64,000 bases of DNA from Ophelia neglecta (taxonomy: Eukaryota), in NCBI GenBank assembly GCA_965285935.1, contig OZ260662.1:46810001-46874000 (forward strand), read 5' to 3'. Shown here one piece after another: positions 37,501 to 52,500 of the stretch. The position numbers were made by a program, and so were the translations under genes. A model generated the notes under the pieces. That model searched no databases and was not told the origin of the DNA. It saw nothing but the letters and a program-made list of their open reading frames with translations. Every line of letters begins with the position of its first letter. The stretch's first letter is position 1.

Positions 37501-40500
37501 TCACCTATTACAACCAACTATCACCACCACTACTACTACCAGTGACACTGAGACGGCCACTGAAACAGGTACTAACAACAAATCTTCTGTTACCCTGTGC
37601 TCTTAGTGGTTATTATTTATTATGGCTATTCCATTTGTTTTAAAAAATTAAAATGAGAACATAGACCCAGATGTATATGGACAATTTATGTTCAAATAGG
37701 CTACAACAGGAGTTTAGAATATCAACCAAGAATTATGTAACCAAAAGCTCTAAACATATTATACCAGTCTTATATAAACAAAGCTCTTTATATTATCGTT
37801 TATTGGTATCCTTCTTTGACAAAATCTAATAATTTTTTGCATGCACAATGTGATCATAGCAAAATTGATAATAAATATGACTATTGTTAGCCACAACAAG
37901 CAGTGAGGAGTCGTCCACCATCCCCTCCTCCCAGTGGTCAAAGAAGAGACAAGAATTGTACGACTCGATGACTATGGAAGAACAGGAGTTGTTTGATGAA
38001 TTACAGAAAGAGATTGAAGAATTGAGGCGACTGCTTGGCCTCCGAGACGGAGAGACGGCGGCTGCTAAGAAGGTATGTTACACTGTGATCTTATGTCTAA
38101 TCATAGAAATTTAAACTCAAATTGCCTTTCTGGATGGGCATATTTCATAATTGTTGACAGATTGCAAGATTTAAAGTGGTCTAAAAGACTATTTTCCTCT
38201 TCAAGCAATGTGTATAACTCACAGGAAAGCTTTTACAGAATGTAATAATGTGTAGTTTTTAATATGATTTGATGTGAATTATGTTGTTAGGCTGAGGAAA
38301 TCAGTAAGAAGAGTGAGGAGTTGAGGACCATGATAGAAGACCGCAGACGAAAAAGAAAAGATAGTGAATCAAGAACTGCTGCAACCTCCACCACGGGCAA
38401 TACTGAGGCTACCATTACAAAAACAAAGAAAAGGGTGGGTCATCTATGATGATAAGATCAGTTGATCAGCTAGCTCACCTTCATGGGAAATCATATTAAC
38501 CTGGTATTAAACATGATAATTGTTCAATCTAAAATAAAGCATGCATATTTAATGAGTTAGCAATGCATTCAGGTGGCATTGGTTTCAATAGCTGGCCTGT
38601 TTTAACAATACTCTAATATGGCTTGTCTGTTGACAGGTGTATGGGGACCCTAAGCTGAGCAAGGCAGCAGAGGAGCTGGCTCGGGCCCAGGAAGAGATTG
38701 ACGCTCTCCAGTCGGAATTGAGGGAGAAAAACCAATTCATCAAAAATGAAATTGCCAGAAATGATAAATCAGATTACACTGTCTGTAAGTACATTTCTAA
38801 CCACAAATTTAATCATGGCTGCTCACAAACCAACAGAATTTATTTGACAATGTATGTTATCTTATTCCTTGCATTATGGTTTAGTAATGCATGTTAGTAA
38901 TTGGATTGTTCACAAAACCTTATCCATAATTTCATCTTTCAAGTCCCAGTAAGTTTCAATTGCTTTTTTTGTTCAGCTGCACAGCAAGATGAGATAGATG
39001 CTATGCATGAAGTGATGGAGGAGCAGAGGGCCGAGATTGAGAATCTCAACCTTGTCCTTGACAGGGCCAATGGGCATGCTCTGGGTAGGATGATTTATAA
39101 TACATAAATACAATATTAAATATACATCATTGATAGCATAACATTAGTAGGCTGCCTGGTCTTCTCTTTCCAGTTATCTTGTTTCTGTGCATTATGTATA
39201 ACACATTTAATATGCATGTGCATGAAATGTATAATTACTAGAATGTACAGTTGATTGCAATAGGACTCAAATTCTGTGTTCATCCCAATCATATTTACAT
39301 AGTTTTCATATCAAATCACTCAACAGGCACCCCTCTGCCTATTAATAAACAGTAGGTCCAACATTATTTGTCTGCCAAGTTTGTATATGCATGCATACAT
39401 TATGTACTCTGAAGCATAATTTGATGTGCAATGCTACCAAAGACATAGTAATTTATGCTTAAAGATTCCTGTTTAGTTGTCCTTCTCCCCAGCATGTGCT
39501 GCTGGTGTAGGACAGTGTTTTAGTCCATAGTCACATTGAATCATGAATTCGGTCATTCGGCAATAGCAATTACTATCTCTGAAACTGAAGTTCATCAGCT
39601 GCCAGTGCAATCACCATGAATAGTTTATAAGCAGTTTGATGCCAATTTGAAAATGAAACATGCAAAATAGTTGCAGTGAAAATGAGAGGAGAAGATAGGT
39701 CTGTGATCTGATGAGAAAGTTTATTGGTTTACCATTTAAAACAATAAATGGTAGATCATTATAAACTTACCGGTAGTTAATTTTTAATTCCATATAACAG
39801 GATAGTGAGATGAAAAACAAAATAGCTTTAGTAAAAACAGGTTCTGGAGTCTTCAAGTATGTACAGGTGTTATGTTTGGTCTTACCCCCCTGTTCATCAC
39901 TTTGTTTTTATTTGGTATACAAAATGCTAATATTCTTGGAATACTTAAGCACTTGGCAAGGAATTCTGGAATCTCTTGGCAAGACATTGTGGTATTTCTT
40001 AAGATTTAAGAACTAGGATTGTCTTGTTTCGTCTTATAAAGAATGTATGAAGTTGCCTATTTAACAAGATGAAGTTGGCTTGGCTTGTTATTGTATAGTA
40101 TCTCAGAAATTGAGTTGTTGATTTTGAAATGAGAAGACTGCACAGAATATGTGGGCACTGCTATGATGATGTATACAAACAAACAAACAGTTAGTTGTGA
40201 TTTCAGTAATGGAGAACAATTTTAGTAGGAGGAGCTGGGGTCAAACCAGTTTTATTCACTTGTTGATTAATTTTTGTCTTATTTATTGCAGATCAACCTG
40301 GGGTTTATGCTGATCAAATCCAGCAGATTCACAGAGGCGTGTCTGATGTTCGCAGTAGGCTGGCCCAACACAGTCCTCGGATTCATGACCTTACCAGGTC
40401 ACGGGCTAAAGGTCATGAAATGAGGGGTCATGACCCCAGGGGTCACCCAAGCAGAGGTCACAGACAAGCCACTGCACCTGGGAGTGAGACTTATGTTGAC

Positions 40501-43500
40501 ACTAGAGGCATGCCTATACCCAGTGTATGTACAAGAATATTATAAACATGTTTATATGATGTGTTCTGTATGTTTAAGGTTTTTGATTGGATTTACCCTC
40601 AAAAAGTAGTTGTTACAAGTTTCTTTAAACATGTTCAGTTGTTGTGGCAGCTACATGTATATTAAATTCAGTGGACATCTCTTGACACTACAACACATTG
40701 AGCAACCCAAATTTATTACCATTGGATACTTTCACACCAATGTAGTCCTACCTGTGCCTAAAAGGAGTGACCACAGTAATTGAGAAGTTAAAAAAAAAGT
40801 TTAGATTGATGGGAACTTGAAATAATTTGCATGAAAGTACTGGAATTTATATTGAATTTGTGTTGAACTTATTCTCTGTCATAAAAACAGTAAAACCTGA
40901 CTTAAAGACCACCTCTTTATTCAGACCACCTGTCATTTCAGACCACTTATATGATGGCCATATTGTATAACTTTAATGTAAAATAACCTGTGTAGACTGA
41001 CCACCTCTAAAATCAGACATGTATTTTTCAGTCCCTTAGGTGGTCTTAATTCACAGGTTTTACAGTAATTATATTGAAACCTGAGATGAGCATAATTTTG
41101 TCATGTTGAGTAAATGACATGAGTATTTGTTTACAGACAGGTGACTATGAAGGTCATGGAGCTATGGGTGGAGGTCAGATCAGACAAGGCCCAGGGTCAC
41201 AGGGCCGCCCTCTCCCTACCTTCTACAACCAAGGGGCTCAGCAACAAGCAGACCCCATGTACTTCCCTGGAGGGGGCAATGTCCCCTTACCACCTGGTGC
41301 TGGAGGTGGTGTGGGCATGTCTACTCAGAGCACTGGAATGGTGCCTCAGGGGCCTGCCCTACATCCTGCTCTGGTACCTGGTGCACCAGGTAAATAAGTT
41401 CACTGTGCTTCTTAATTTTAGCAGCTGTTAAGGCATTATTTTTCACTTCAATTTGAATATAAAAAAAAAAAGTTCTACACATAGGGAATTAAAGCTACAT
41501 CCTTATTCCAAGGAGGCTTTTAAGATTTTAACCTACCCCAGTAGTGGTATATCAAGGCTTTATAACCACAACAAAATATAGCCTTTATGACCTCCTGTTT
41601 ATAAATTGAGAGTAGTTCACACTATTAATGCAAGTTAAGATAAGTCATATTTGTCAACATATTTTGTTCTAAAACACTTTTGATTTTAAGTCTTCTTAGT
41701 GCTACAAGTAGTGTCATTCTTTGACTCTTCTTCATGGCTGCCTGGTTTAGAGGGCAGAATCTTATTAATTTATTGATATTCAGTTTTGAAAGAGTTAACA
41801 TTTGTGTATGTAGATTCTAAAGCTTGCTCAGTATCACAGTGGGTTGAAGGTATTTCAATTCCTGCCTTTTCATTACATGTATTTATTTGTATTATTTTCA
41901 AGGTGCTGTTGGGGCTTTCTCTACTTCTGGTGCTCCTGTAATGCCAGGTCAGAGCCAGGCTTTACACCCCCAGCTTACAGGACCCTTCTCTGTCCCTGGC
42001 GGACCGACCACCTCCACCCTGCAGACAGGTGGTCAGCCTCTGAGCTCTGTACCTGGTCAGCCTGGGATCTCTGTCAGCTATGGTCCTCCTGGTTAGTGTC
42101 ACTTCAATACACGGATCCCAACAAATGAGGCCACAAAGGCCAATGTGATAACTCTTTTGTGTAAAATAGGAGTGAACTCATGTGAATTTAGGAAAGGCTT
42201 AAAGGATAGAAAATGAGCCTATATTAAGTCATTGCAGGGAGAATATAGGACTATTTGTAAACATGCAGTAAGTAAATAATGCTTTTTTTACAGGGACCTT
42301 ACCGGGAGCAGTTGGTTCAGGCCATGTGACAAGTTCCCAGATGTCACAAATGGCTGGTCCATCCTATTTCCCCACTATGCCAGGAGGGCCTTTACCAATG
42401 GCAAGCGGTCCTGTGCCGTTTGGAGTAGGACCCACCACTCCTGGTGGTATACCCATGGCCCCTACTACACCCCCAGGTCAGTCCTCAAATACTTTGCCAG
42501 TATTTTATATTTTAAATTGGATAGAATATATATATTGATATCCCAAAGGGCCTGCCGTACAATGCAAATTAATGGATTATTATATTAATGAAGTAAATTG
42601 TTTTGTCTTAGGACGTCCCACGCAGATCTACCATCCCATGGGTGGTATGGTCTCAGCTCCTACCACCCCTGTAGCTGGAGATGGAATGAGCCACACAGTC
42701 TCTGCTGTCAACACCCCAGGTGGTCCTGTCATGATGAGCACTCCAGTTGGAGGTAAGTTAACACTATTTAATTACAGCAAATTGTCAGCACCACACTGGA
42801 GTATGCCACCTGGTGTCAAGAATAGACACCTGTTGACCTGTGTCTTCACCCAGTACAAATACAATACATGTAGTAGGGGTTTTGGATGCACATGGTGTGA
42901 TTATAAGTTTTTAGCAAGAAACAGGGGTTTGGGAGACTATAAAATAGTGATGGGCCGATGATCGATTATAATCAAAAGTCGGTTGGTTAGCTGTACAAAC
43001 CAAGCGCTTGAATAAAAAATCCAATATGGATTTAGTCGGTTCACAATCATTAATTCCTCGTGTTTATTTATCTGTTTATATCAAGTGTCTTTTCTTCTGT
43101 GTGGCTGAATCAACTTCTCGCAATTGACATCTTTGTTTACCATGATACTCGTGTTTCCAGTCTTTTCGCAAACCTTCCGATCCTAATGCCAGCAGAGGGC
43201 GGTTTCATCAGTGTTTGGCTGGCTGGGACGCAAGCCACTGCGTTTCCGGCACGTTATTAATAATTACAGGACTTGAAATTTGTTGAACCGATTATCTTAA
43301 TCATCGATTGGTTTGTCTGAACCAATCATCAATTATGAAAATCAAACCAACTCTCATCACTACTATAAAAAGGGGCTGTTGCCAGAAAAAAAGGCTGTCT
43401 TATCATGTGAGCTAGCTGTGAATCAGTTTCCCCTGTCCCAACCCCATGGTCCCAGGACCTTTCCTAAGGTCAGGGGTCGCAGGATATGTCTCAGGCCCAT

Positions 43501-46500
43501 GGATCGTAAGAACTGTCTCAGACTCAGGGGTCTCATGTTCCAAGCCCTGGTGACCCAGGAGCAATGAAAAGTGGTTTGGTACATTGTAGACAACTACTAG
43601 CCTCCTGTTATAGCCGACTAACAAAGTAATGTGCCTCAAATTACAAATAAAAGAGCTTCCTAACCATAGACTCTGGCAGATGTCGCCATATGTACATATT
43701 TTGGACACATGGTCATTTTTTTATCTAATATGTTTTGGCAGTGAATCTCAAGAAATATTATGGACACATTAGAATCAAAACAGATGTGCACATGTGGTAA
43801 GAGCCTTCTCACTGTGCAAAAAACCATAATTCATCTGATTAATGATGATTTTTTTTGTCTTGAGTGCTGAGGAGACCCTTGTGAGTCAGGTACAATGCAT
43901 TATCTAACTTATGTGCTTGACTCTGTAATTGTAACAATCACAGGGTAGTAAAAATAACCTTAAATCATGATCATTGGGTCATTAAGGCAAGGGAGAAGCT
44001 TTGATGTATTTCTAACGTCCCCCTTGTCTCTGGGGGTCTGTGTGTTGTTTACTACAATGTATTTACTTTCACACCTTTAGTCCTTTAAACTGTCTCCTTG
44101 TTGGTAATATATAGACCCCTTATCATTGATGGATCGTACAAATCATCCAAATGAAGACTCCTTGGCCCTTTGTAAGTTACCATCATTGACTCCCTCAATG
44201 AATCTATTGATGTACCCGACAGAGTAGTTTGCTAACTTAATTGCAAGGGGGGCTTAGATTTATCACTTCATTCTGATAACAGCAGGAGATACAAGTATAA
44301 ATAGACACTTATTTGTATCAGCCAGTGATTACTTTTCGTTTGTAAGAGATACCCTTGTTCAGGTTTTTTCACTTTGCGAGTCTAGTTTGAAGTATTGGTT
44401 CGTAGCCCTGTAGTTATGATCAGTGGGACTAAAAAAAACGATAATGCAAAAAACATCAGACAACACCGTGGTTCAAGGATCCCACTTTCTAAGAAAGGTT
44501 AGTGAACCGTGTAAACAACAAGGTATCTGCACTAAGTGAATTCCTGGCACATTACGTTGTGCAATAGTTAAATGGGAAATACTTGTGGTAATATTTCTCC
44601 TATTTTTTGTACACTATAAGTGTAAATAAAGGTTCCACAGTCACTTGTTATTCAGAACCTTTGCAATTTGTGGCTTGATTTTTTTTTTCTGTTAACAAAG
44701 ATTTTAAAGGAAGTGAACTAAATTAGATCAGCTGTTTGTATAAAAATAACCAAAAACTGATTCAAACATACAGATTGGTTAATTGTAAATCTTTGACAAA
44801 TGTAAAACTATATTAATTAATTTATTCATTTTACCTAATTACACAAATAAATGACACAAAATGTACCCTGACACCAACGAGAATAGAATTTCATTTTATG
44901 GAGCATCTTTTGGTACCCTGCTCACAGTCCCTTATCTACTACTTGGGGGGGGGGGGATAAATGACACCAGGTAATGTGAACAGGGTAACCTTTCGGCAGC
45001 CAGGGCAAAATCTCTGACTCCACTGACTATAATGCACCATTTTGAATTTGGCCACAATGGGAGGGAGGGAGGAGGGAGGGAGGAGACAATGGGAGGAAAG
45101 GGAGGGAGGGAGGAGGGGGATGGGGATGAGTAAACTGATACCTCCTTTTTTGGCTTTAGCCAAGTAATAAAAGTCTTGGTGTGATGATCATACTACAGTA
45201 TGTTATGTGAGAATAGTTATCTACCAAATAGAAATCAACATTTTAATACATCAGTATTTATCAATTTAGCAGCTTACTTCAAATAACACCTACGGTATAT
45301 AAGAACTGCTAAACAACTTTCCTCAATAATTAAATTCTAGGCCTGTTAATTATTCTCACAGTAATGCTAAAGGATTAAATAGTTTTGTGTCAAAATATTA
45401 CTATAAATAGTATACATGACCGACCTTAACACCCCAGACACAATTCACTAAAGTATAACACACTAACACAGTGTAACACAGTCCATATAACTGCAGGGAT
45501 TATAAGATTACTTGAGCTTTCCAATCTTAGTTGTTTAATAGTGTGTTCAAGCTTTGACTCGCAAGATATAAATATAATGTAGTATGCATGTTAACATTAG
45601 TGAGAAGCCTGCCCAGTGTTGATTATACACACCATCTAGTCATCTTAGCAGTTTGCTTTTAACTAAAAGTTCATTAATATTAAAACTGACATAATCTGGG
45701 TTTTTTAGACCTTGGAGGTGGAGGTGTAATCCCTGTGAAGGGAATCTTAAAGAAAGGAGGTCAGGGTGCGTCTGGAGTGGGAGTGGTGACTCAGGGTGGA
45801 CCCGGTGTGGTGACCCAGGGTGGACCTGGCACGGCTGAGGGCATCCCGGCCACGGCCGCACTGCTCTGTAATGTCCCTGAACATCATAACCTGGTATGTC
45901 ACTTGTCATTTCTCAAACTCATACAATCTCATCCACTATTAATTCTTGTTTATAACCCACCCAAATTCCCTCAGTGTTCTGCTTTTTTAATGATCATATA
46001 GATAAATGTAAATGATAAAATCCTTTTCTGTTGGTTTTAAACATGCTTGTATTAAATTCCATTCAATACCCACTAATTAGTGTAAACAACTATTTGTCTC
46101 CTTGTAAATCATACAGTCATTCTTTTGGAATACACTCAGCATAATGTACACAATGTACATGTAATGTGTACTGGTGGAACAAAATAGAATAATAATTGCA
46201 AAGGAACAATAATATATTCGTAGTCAGAGAAGCTTTATTATGGCACAAGATGTTGTTCAAACACTTATGTTTTAAGAGATGCCATTGTTGTCATAGTGTT
46301 GACATAGGTATTTTGGGTCATGTCTAAGATCTTCCGACAATGTACTATAGTAATGTAACTATATGTGCCTTATTTTTAGATTGTTGTTTGCTTGTTAATA
46401 TTATCATTCTGTTAGAGAATTGAAATGTTACTAAAATGTAGAGCCAGTACACTAAGTAGTGGGTGCTTTTTATCCTGTTTTAGGAGGACTATATCTCAAA

Positions 46501-49500
46501 GCTACAGGCCAAATTGAGATCTGCAAAGAACAAGCTGAGGAATGAGGAGGTAAGTAATAAAAAATTAGTTCTGAGCACAGGGATATTGTGGAAGCATTAA
46601 ACAAAGTCTTGAGACATTTGAGAAAGAAGACCAGTGATCAGTTGAATTGCCGTAGCCATGGTTTGATTATAATCAGTGTATTACCAGGGTATTATATCTA
46701 TTCAAATTGTGGCATATCATGATGAAGTCTTTAATTTATCGTAGGATGATTCCTTCATAGAAGAAAGTAGAAAAGTTTTGTTTGAAGATGATATTGACCG
46801 GAGGGCAGTGAAGAGGCTACAGGCAGAACTGGATGTGAGTCTGGCCTCTAAATTATATATTTAAATGTACTGGAAAGCACATAAGCTTGAATATTAGGAA
46901 ATCTTAACAGTAGACAATGTTTTAAGCATCTGTTAAGTTAGGTGGGTAGAGTTTGTGTGTCAAGGTTTAATTCACTGAGTGCTATAGATATATATATGCC
47001 CTGCGCAGAGAGACATCATCAACTAAGTCTGCTGTCATTTTCTCCATGATTGATGTAATAAGGACATACAGCTGTATACTATAGGTCTAGTAATGTATTT
47101 GTTAATTCAAAAGGTGTAGCACTGGGTAGCAGTCTAACCTTTTCAAACCTTGAAAACAATCTTTGGAAACTTATTCCTTTTTCATTATCAGGCCAGGAGA
47201 ACTGAACTTGAGGGTCTTGATTTGGCAATTGAAACCCAGAAGTCTGCATTAAAAGACATGAAGTACCGAGAGAGGAGAGACCATGGTATGGTCAGAGACC
47301 TTAGAGGCAGAACAATGTCTGTGCAGTAAGTTCTAACACACACTACTTTGTAGCTGGAACGTAAAAAATGTTTTGCAATTTCCAACTTAAACTAGCTAAG
47401 TGTAATAATTATTTTTTACAAACGTTTTCAAGGATCATATATTTAAGAAGTGGGTATGTAAAATTGATGATAGGTAAATTAGCACACAAGTACACATTCC
47501 AGAAAGTGTATAGATTCATGAGCTAGATGCCATGATGACTGGTATATGTCTTTATTTGAAATGTTTGAATGTGTTTCAAAGGAATTATACTTGTTCCAGA
47601 TTAATTCTTATTACTTTCAAAAGTAATCCATGAACATGAACGTTACCTGTGTCAGTGTATGTTGGAGTATATATAATTTGATTGTTTGTGTAAAATAGGT
47701 CCCAGAAAGATTATCTTTTGGATGAAGTAGCCTGTCTTGAGGAGACCCTGTTGAAGCGTCGGGCTGAGCTAAGAGAAGCTGATAGACTCCTTCTGGAGAG
47801 AGAAACCCATCTCTCAGAGGCTAAAAAGGAGGTAACAAAATCACAGAATCACTACAGGCCAATGGCATACAGTAGAGTCAAAAGAAATACTAAGTTTTAT
47901 TTTAAGAATAAAGGACACTATTCTCATCCTCTGTAATAGAATAAATGAAATAAATAAAAAATCAGAGAATTTTTTTTTGTCACAGAGCTGGTAAATGTTT
48001 AAAGTATGCTTTTCTTTTTATTTTGTCTAACTGTCACAATGTACATCCCAAATATTACATTTTCTGTTAAGCTCAAGAGATTTATAAACATAATAATGTT
48101 GAATAGGCCTCTGAGACTATTCGCCACTATGAAGAAGCAAAAATAGGGCTGAAAAATACAATGAGAGATGCAGACGAGATAGAAAAGCGAACACACGAGG
48201 CAGGTGTGAATCTCGTCCAAACAGAGGAAAATCTTCAGCTACTCCAACTGGAGATAGAAGATCTGCAGGATACAAAGGTGATTGTCAATATCGATGTTAG
48301 CATTCAAGACAAACACTTACTCTGAAAATTAGTTCAGATAGAGTTGTATTTCTCTGCATATTGGCCAAAAAAAAGGTCAAACAGAATATTTCATGACTGG
48401 TTTATTTATATTGCAGTACATTTTATTTCCAAAAACACAATAAACACAATTGAAGTGAATCTATACATTATCATGATGGTAGATAATGTGGTTCATATTA
48501 AGGTGAACTATGAGAGCCACTTCCCTTTTGTAAGCAATAACTAGACATACTGTATGAAACACATTCATTAAAAAATAAATCATAGTGACAATTAAAAACA
48601 TAATGTTATTTATTATAGGCTGAAAAGAAGAATATGTTAAAGGAGATAGAAGCTGTTATAGAGAGGAAAGATGAGGAATTCAATGTCATAGAGGCCAAGA
48701 TAAAAGAAGCGACAATCAGGTGGGTTTTTTTATATTTTTTATATTCTTTTTTTCACTGACATTATCAAGTATTTCTGCAACTCTTAAAGCTTGCATTTGG
48801 CTAGTAAAACATGTTTATGTATGATTTACTCAAGAGGCCAACATGAGGTTTAATGAAAACAAACTCAAACCATCCATATTAAACCTAAATATATAAAATT
48901 TAACCCTTATCCTCCCAGGTTGACGGACAATGCATCTGCAGGAGTGAATATAGCTCGTTTCACATGCATGTTGGCAGTTTTCAAAGAGTGAACCAAATAT
49001 TTATTATAATAAATGTATGTCAATTTAACATTTCAGATTTCACCATCTATCTGAAGACCTAAGTGATGCAGACAACCGACAGAGAGAGCGCATCGGTCTA
49101 ATGGCTGAAAGTGACAAGATAGTCTCCGAGCGGAGGACTGAGCTGGATTCTCTCAGAACTCAGGTGAGCAAAGATCTACTTACTAATTGTGTGACATGTA
49201 CACATCAAATAGGTACAAGTGTGTACATGTATAGACCTGTAATTCATTGTTTTGAAGGTATTTCACTGTATGTAAATTGTTATAAAAATTAATTTTCAAT
49301 TTTCAATGCAAAGTTTCTGTGCATTTCTGCACTTTCTCACACTAAGAGAATGTTTTTGCATGTTTCATATGCTTCACTAACTATTATTTAATCCTTTGTG
49401 TTGAATCATGCTCAGCTTAGCCAATGGCAGAATTATACATGTCAGAATTATCTGTCTGTTCTGAAGAGATCATTTTAATGACAATCGCCTTGTTAACAAA

Positions 49501-52500
49501 CATTGCTATTAAATAATATTTATTTTGATAACCCTGTGTAGAGGAGAGGAGGATGGGTATGTACATGTACAGTGTATCAGTCAGTCCTGTAGAAGGCTTG
49601 TTATCTATGTGCTTCAAATTACAATATTCATTGGGGTCTGTTTTAAATTAAAAACTTAAGTCCCTTTTATGAATGTGGAACATCATTTAGTGGAATAAAA
49701 AACAAACCAAATAGTTCTCAAATTTTAGCTTCAATCTATAAATGATGAACAAATAAAAAAAAAGGAATATAAACACATTGTGGACATTGTACTTGTAATT
49801 TATTTAAGGCATTTTTTTTTACAAAGAAAACCGTTGTTGTCTATTGTGACTTGATTTTCAACAAATGGCCACTGCAGGTGGCAAAACAATTTTAAAATGA
49901 TGTAAAAGTTTGTAAGACGGCATTTATTTTCTTAATGTGATTTGCAGTAATCCACTGATTGGTCTTTACTTAATTAGTCTTATTTATCACTTGGTTTGTT
50001 TGTGATTAGGAGCTTACCACCAATCTGTCTGTTAGCAGAATCAGTTGCAGACAATTGTCTTTCATTTGTGAAATATGGATTACTTTTCCCAAATCTATAT
50101 AAGCTTTTAAATCATAGTTAAAGTTCAGGGTTGTGGTGCCAAAATGCTTTATTGTAGAATAATAATTATATCAGTAAAAAGTAATGAGAATTTCCATTGA
50201 TTATAAGCAACATACCACTTATAATTAAAACTGATAATAACTACATCAATAACAGATGTTAACTTCTGTTATTCTTAAATATCAGCTTATTTTCATTTCT
50301 TTTCTCCCAGCTTGAAAAAAACAGAGAGGAGGTGGATATAATGGGTAAGCACCTTGGTAAAGGTCACCATGAGCTGGAGACACTGGAGGACACGATAAGA
50401 CGCCGCCGTGAGCAGCTAGACTCCCTGGACAGGGATGTGGAGGAGGAGGTACAGGCCAAGAGGAGAACTCTCAAGGTATGGTAGTCTGAACAGACTAAAC
50501 GTCTGAACAAAATCTTAATCATCCAAGCCAGGTAATGGCTAAAGATCCATAAAGAATACCAGTTACCAGATCTGCTCTTATACCAGTCATTAGGTCTGCT
50601 CTAATACCAGGCACTAAATCTGCTCTAATACCACTCAGTTCTAGCATTCACTAGATCTGCCCTAGTACCAAGAAGCTATCTTATGCCCAAAGTCACAGGC
50701 CTTTACATTTTCTTTGATACACACATGTTAATTGTTCATCATTTGTATTTATCTCTTGGTTGCCATATCTTTAAGGAATTAGAGAGTGAGAAGAGAAGGC
50801 TAGAGCAGCACCTTGAAGACAAACGAGACACCCTACACCAGGTAAACTTACATATCTGGCCACTGCTTGTAATCAGAAGAAAGATCTATTAAATTTTGCT
50901 TTTTCCCATGTGTTTAGCTGATTATTGGTTCAAAGTAACAAGTGTCATATACAGATGCTCAACTAATTTAGATAGGCCTTATTTATGCCACTGTAACATA
51001 TAATATGCCTTGTTTGATATAATGTACATGTGTAGCTTTTAACCATATGCTTATTTCAGATTAGAATCAGTTTTATAGAAGTGTTTGTTTTGACATTGAA
51101 AGATGTGTGATATAGTTTTCTTTAGTTTGCTTCTTTTACCATTTAATCAACAATCAGCTTGCATATATTGAGAAATTTTAATACTGGGTAATGGGAGTTT
51201 CAAAATTACAACATTAAAATAAAATACTCGGATGAAGATGATTTTTACGATTGTGATTTTCCCAATCTTTGCCCCTGCTACGATTGCTTTAGGTTCAGTG
51301 CAGCATTGATCATGAAGAAGAAGTCTTACAAAATCTAGCCACCTTGACAAATAAACATAAAGCTGAAAATGTCACAGTCATAGAAGAAATTGAAAAACAC
51401 TCAACCATGCTAGGTGATTTGCTCAAAGAGCAAGAGAGCAAGATAAGCCAACTGGAAGATTTTCAGAACAGAATATCCGAGGTAAAAGGACTGCACACCG
51501 CATGAAATTTGCATGTGAAATCAAAATGTCTGAATGTGAAGGAAGATAAAAGCAATCAGAAGCACATTGCCAGTGAATGTGATCAATTTTTCCACTGATA
51601 GTATTACATAACTTTGCCTTTATAACACAATCAGCTGCATGACGGAATAATTTAATACTGTGGTGTAAGATGCACGTGTACACATAACTAATAACATTTC
51701 TTACATGGTTAACTCTTTCACTGACAAACTGGATATGTACCGAGTGCCAAGTTATAAATTGAAGGAGAGGTCATTTAAACTGATGACTAATATCAGTAGG
51801 TAAAGGTTGGTAGTATGCAACCTTTACTCTCAAGTTGAGAGTAAAGGTTGCATGCGTACCCTTTGTCATAATAATGTTGAGAGTCTCAACATTATTGTGA
51901 CAAAGGGTACGTATCAATATGGCATTGGCAGTGAAAGAAAACACACAATAGTATTTATACTAATTATACTACTAACAGAAAGATGAATTGTAAATATAGT
52001 CTGTTGTACACATGTCGGTGTGATAGCAATCTTAATGATGTTTTCCTGTTAAAACTGCTATTCCTCTTTTCCTGTACAAACTTGTACAGAAATGTTTCAT
52101 CTGCATAACTCTTCTTCAATTCTATTCTTGCCGAATTATTTCGATATGTTGTCAAAGTGCAAAGTGGGTTACTGTGTTCCATTATCAGTGTCTTTTAAAT
52201 AGTACTTTTCTTTAATATCACACATAGAATGTCTATTTTTGAGGGACCTACATGCTTGTACAAAAACATAAACAATAGTGAAGAAAAGTAAGTTACTTCG
52301 CTGATCCATTTACATACCTACTTTCCAGCTGTGGTATGCATGTATGAATAACCAATGAAATAAAATGCAGCATTGTGTAATGTTCCAGGAGGAGCAAAGC
52401 CTGGAGCGTCTGAGAAGTGACCATAGGAAGAGGCAGGCCGAGTCAGAGCAGATAAGACAGCAGACGGACAGAGAACGAGGGGAGCTAGACGCACTCCTCA

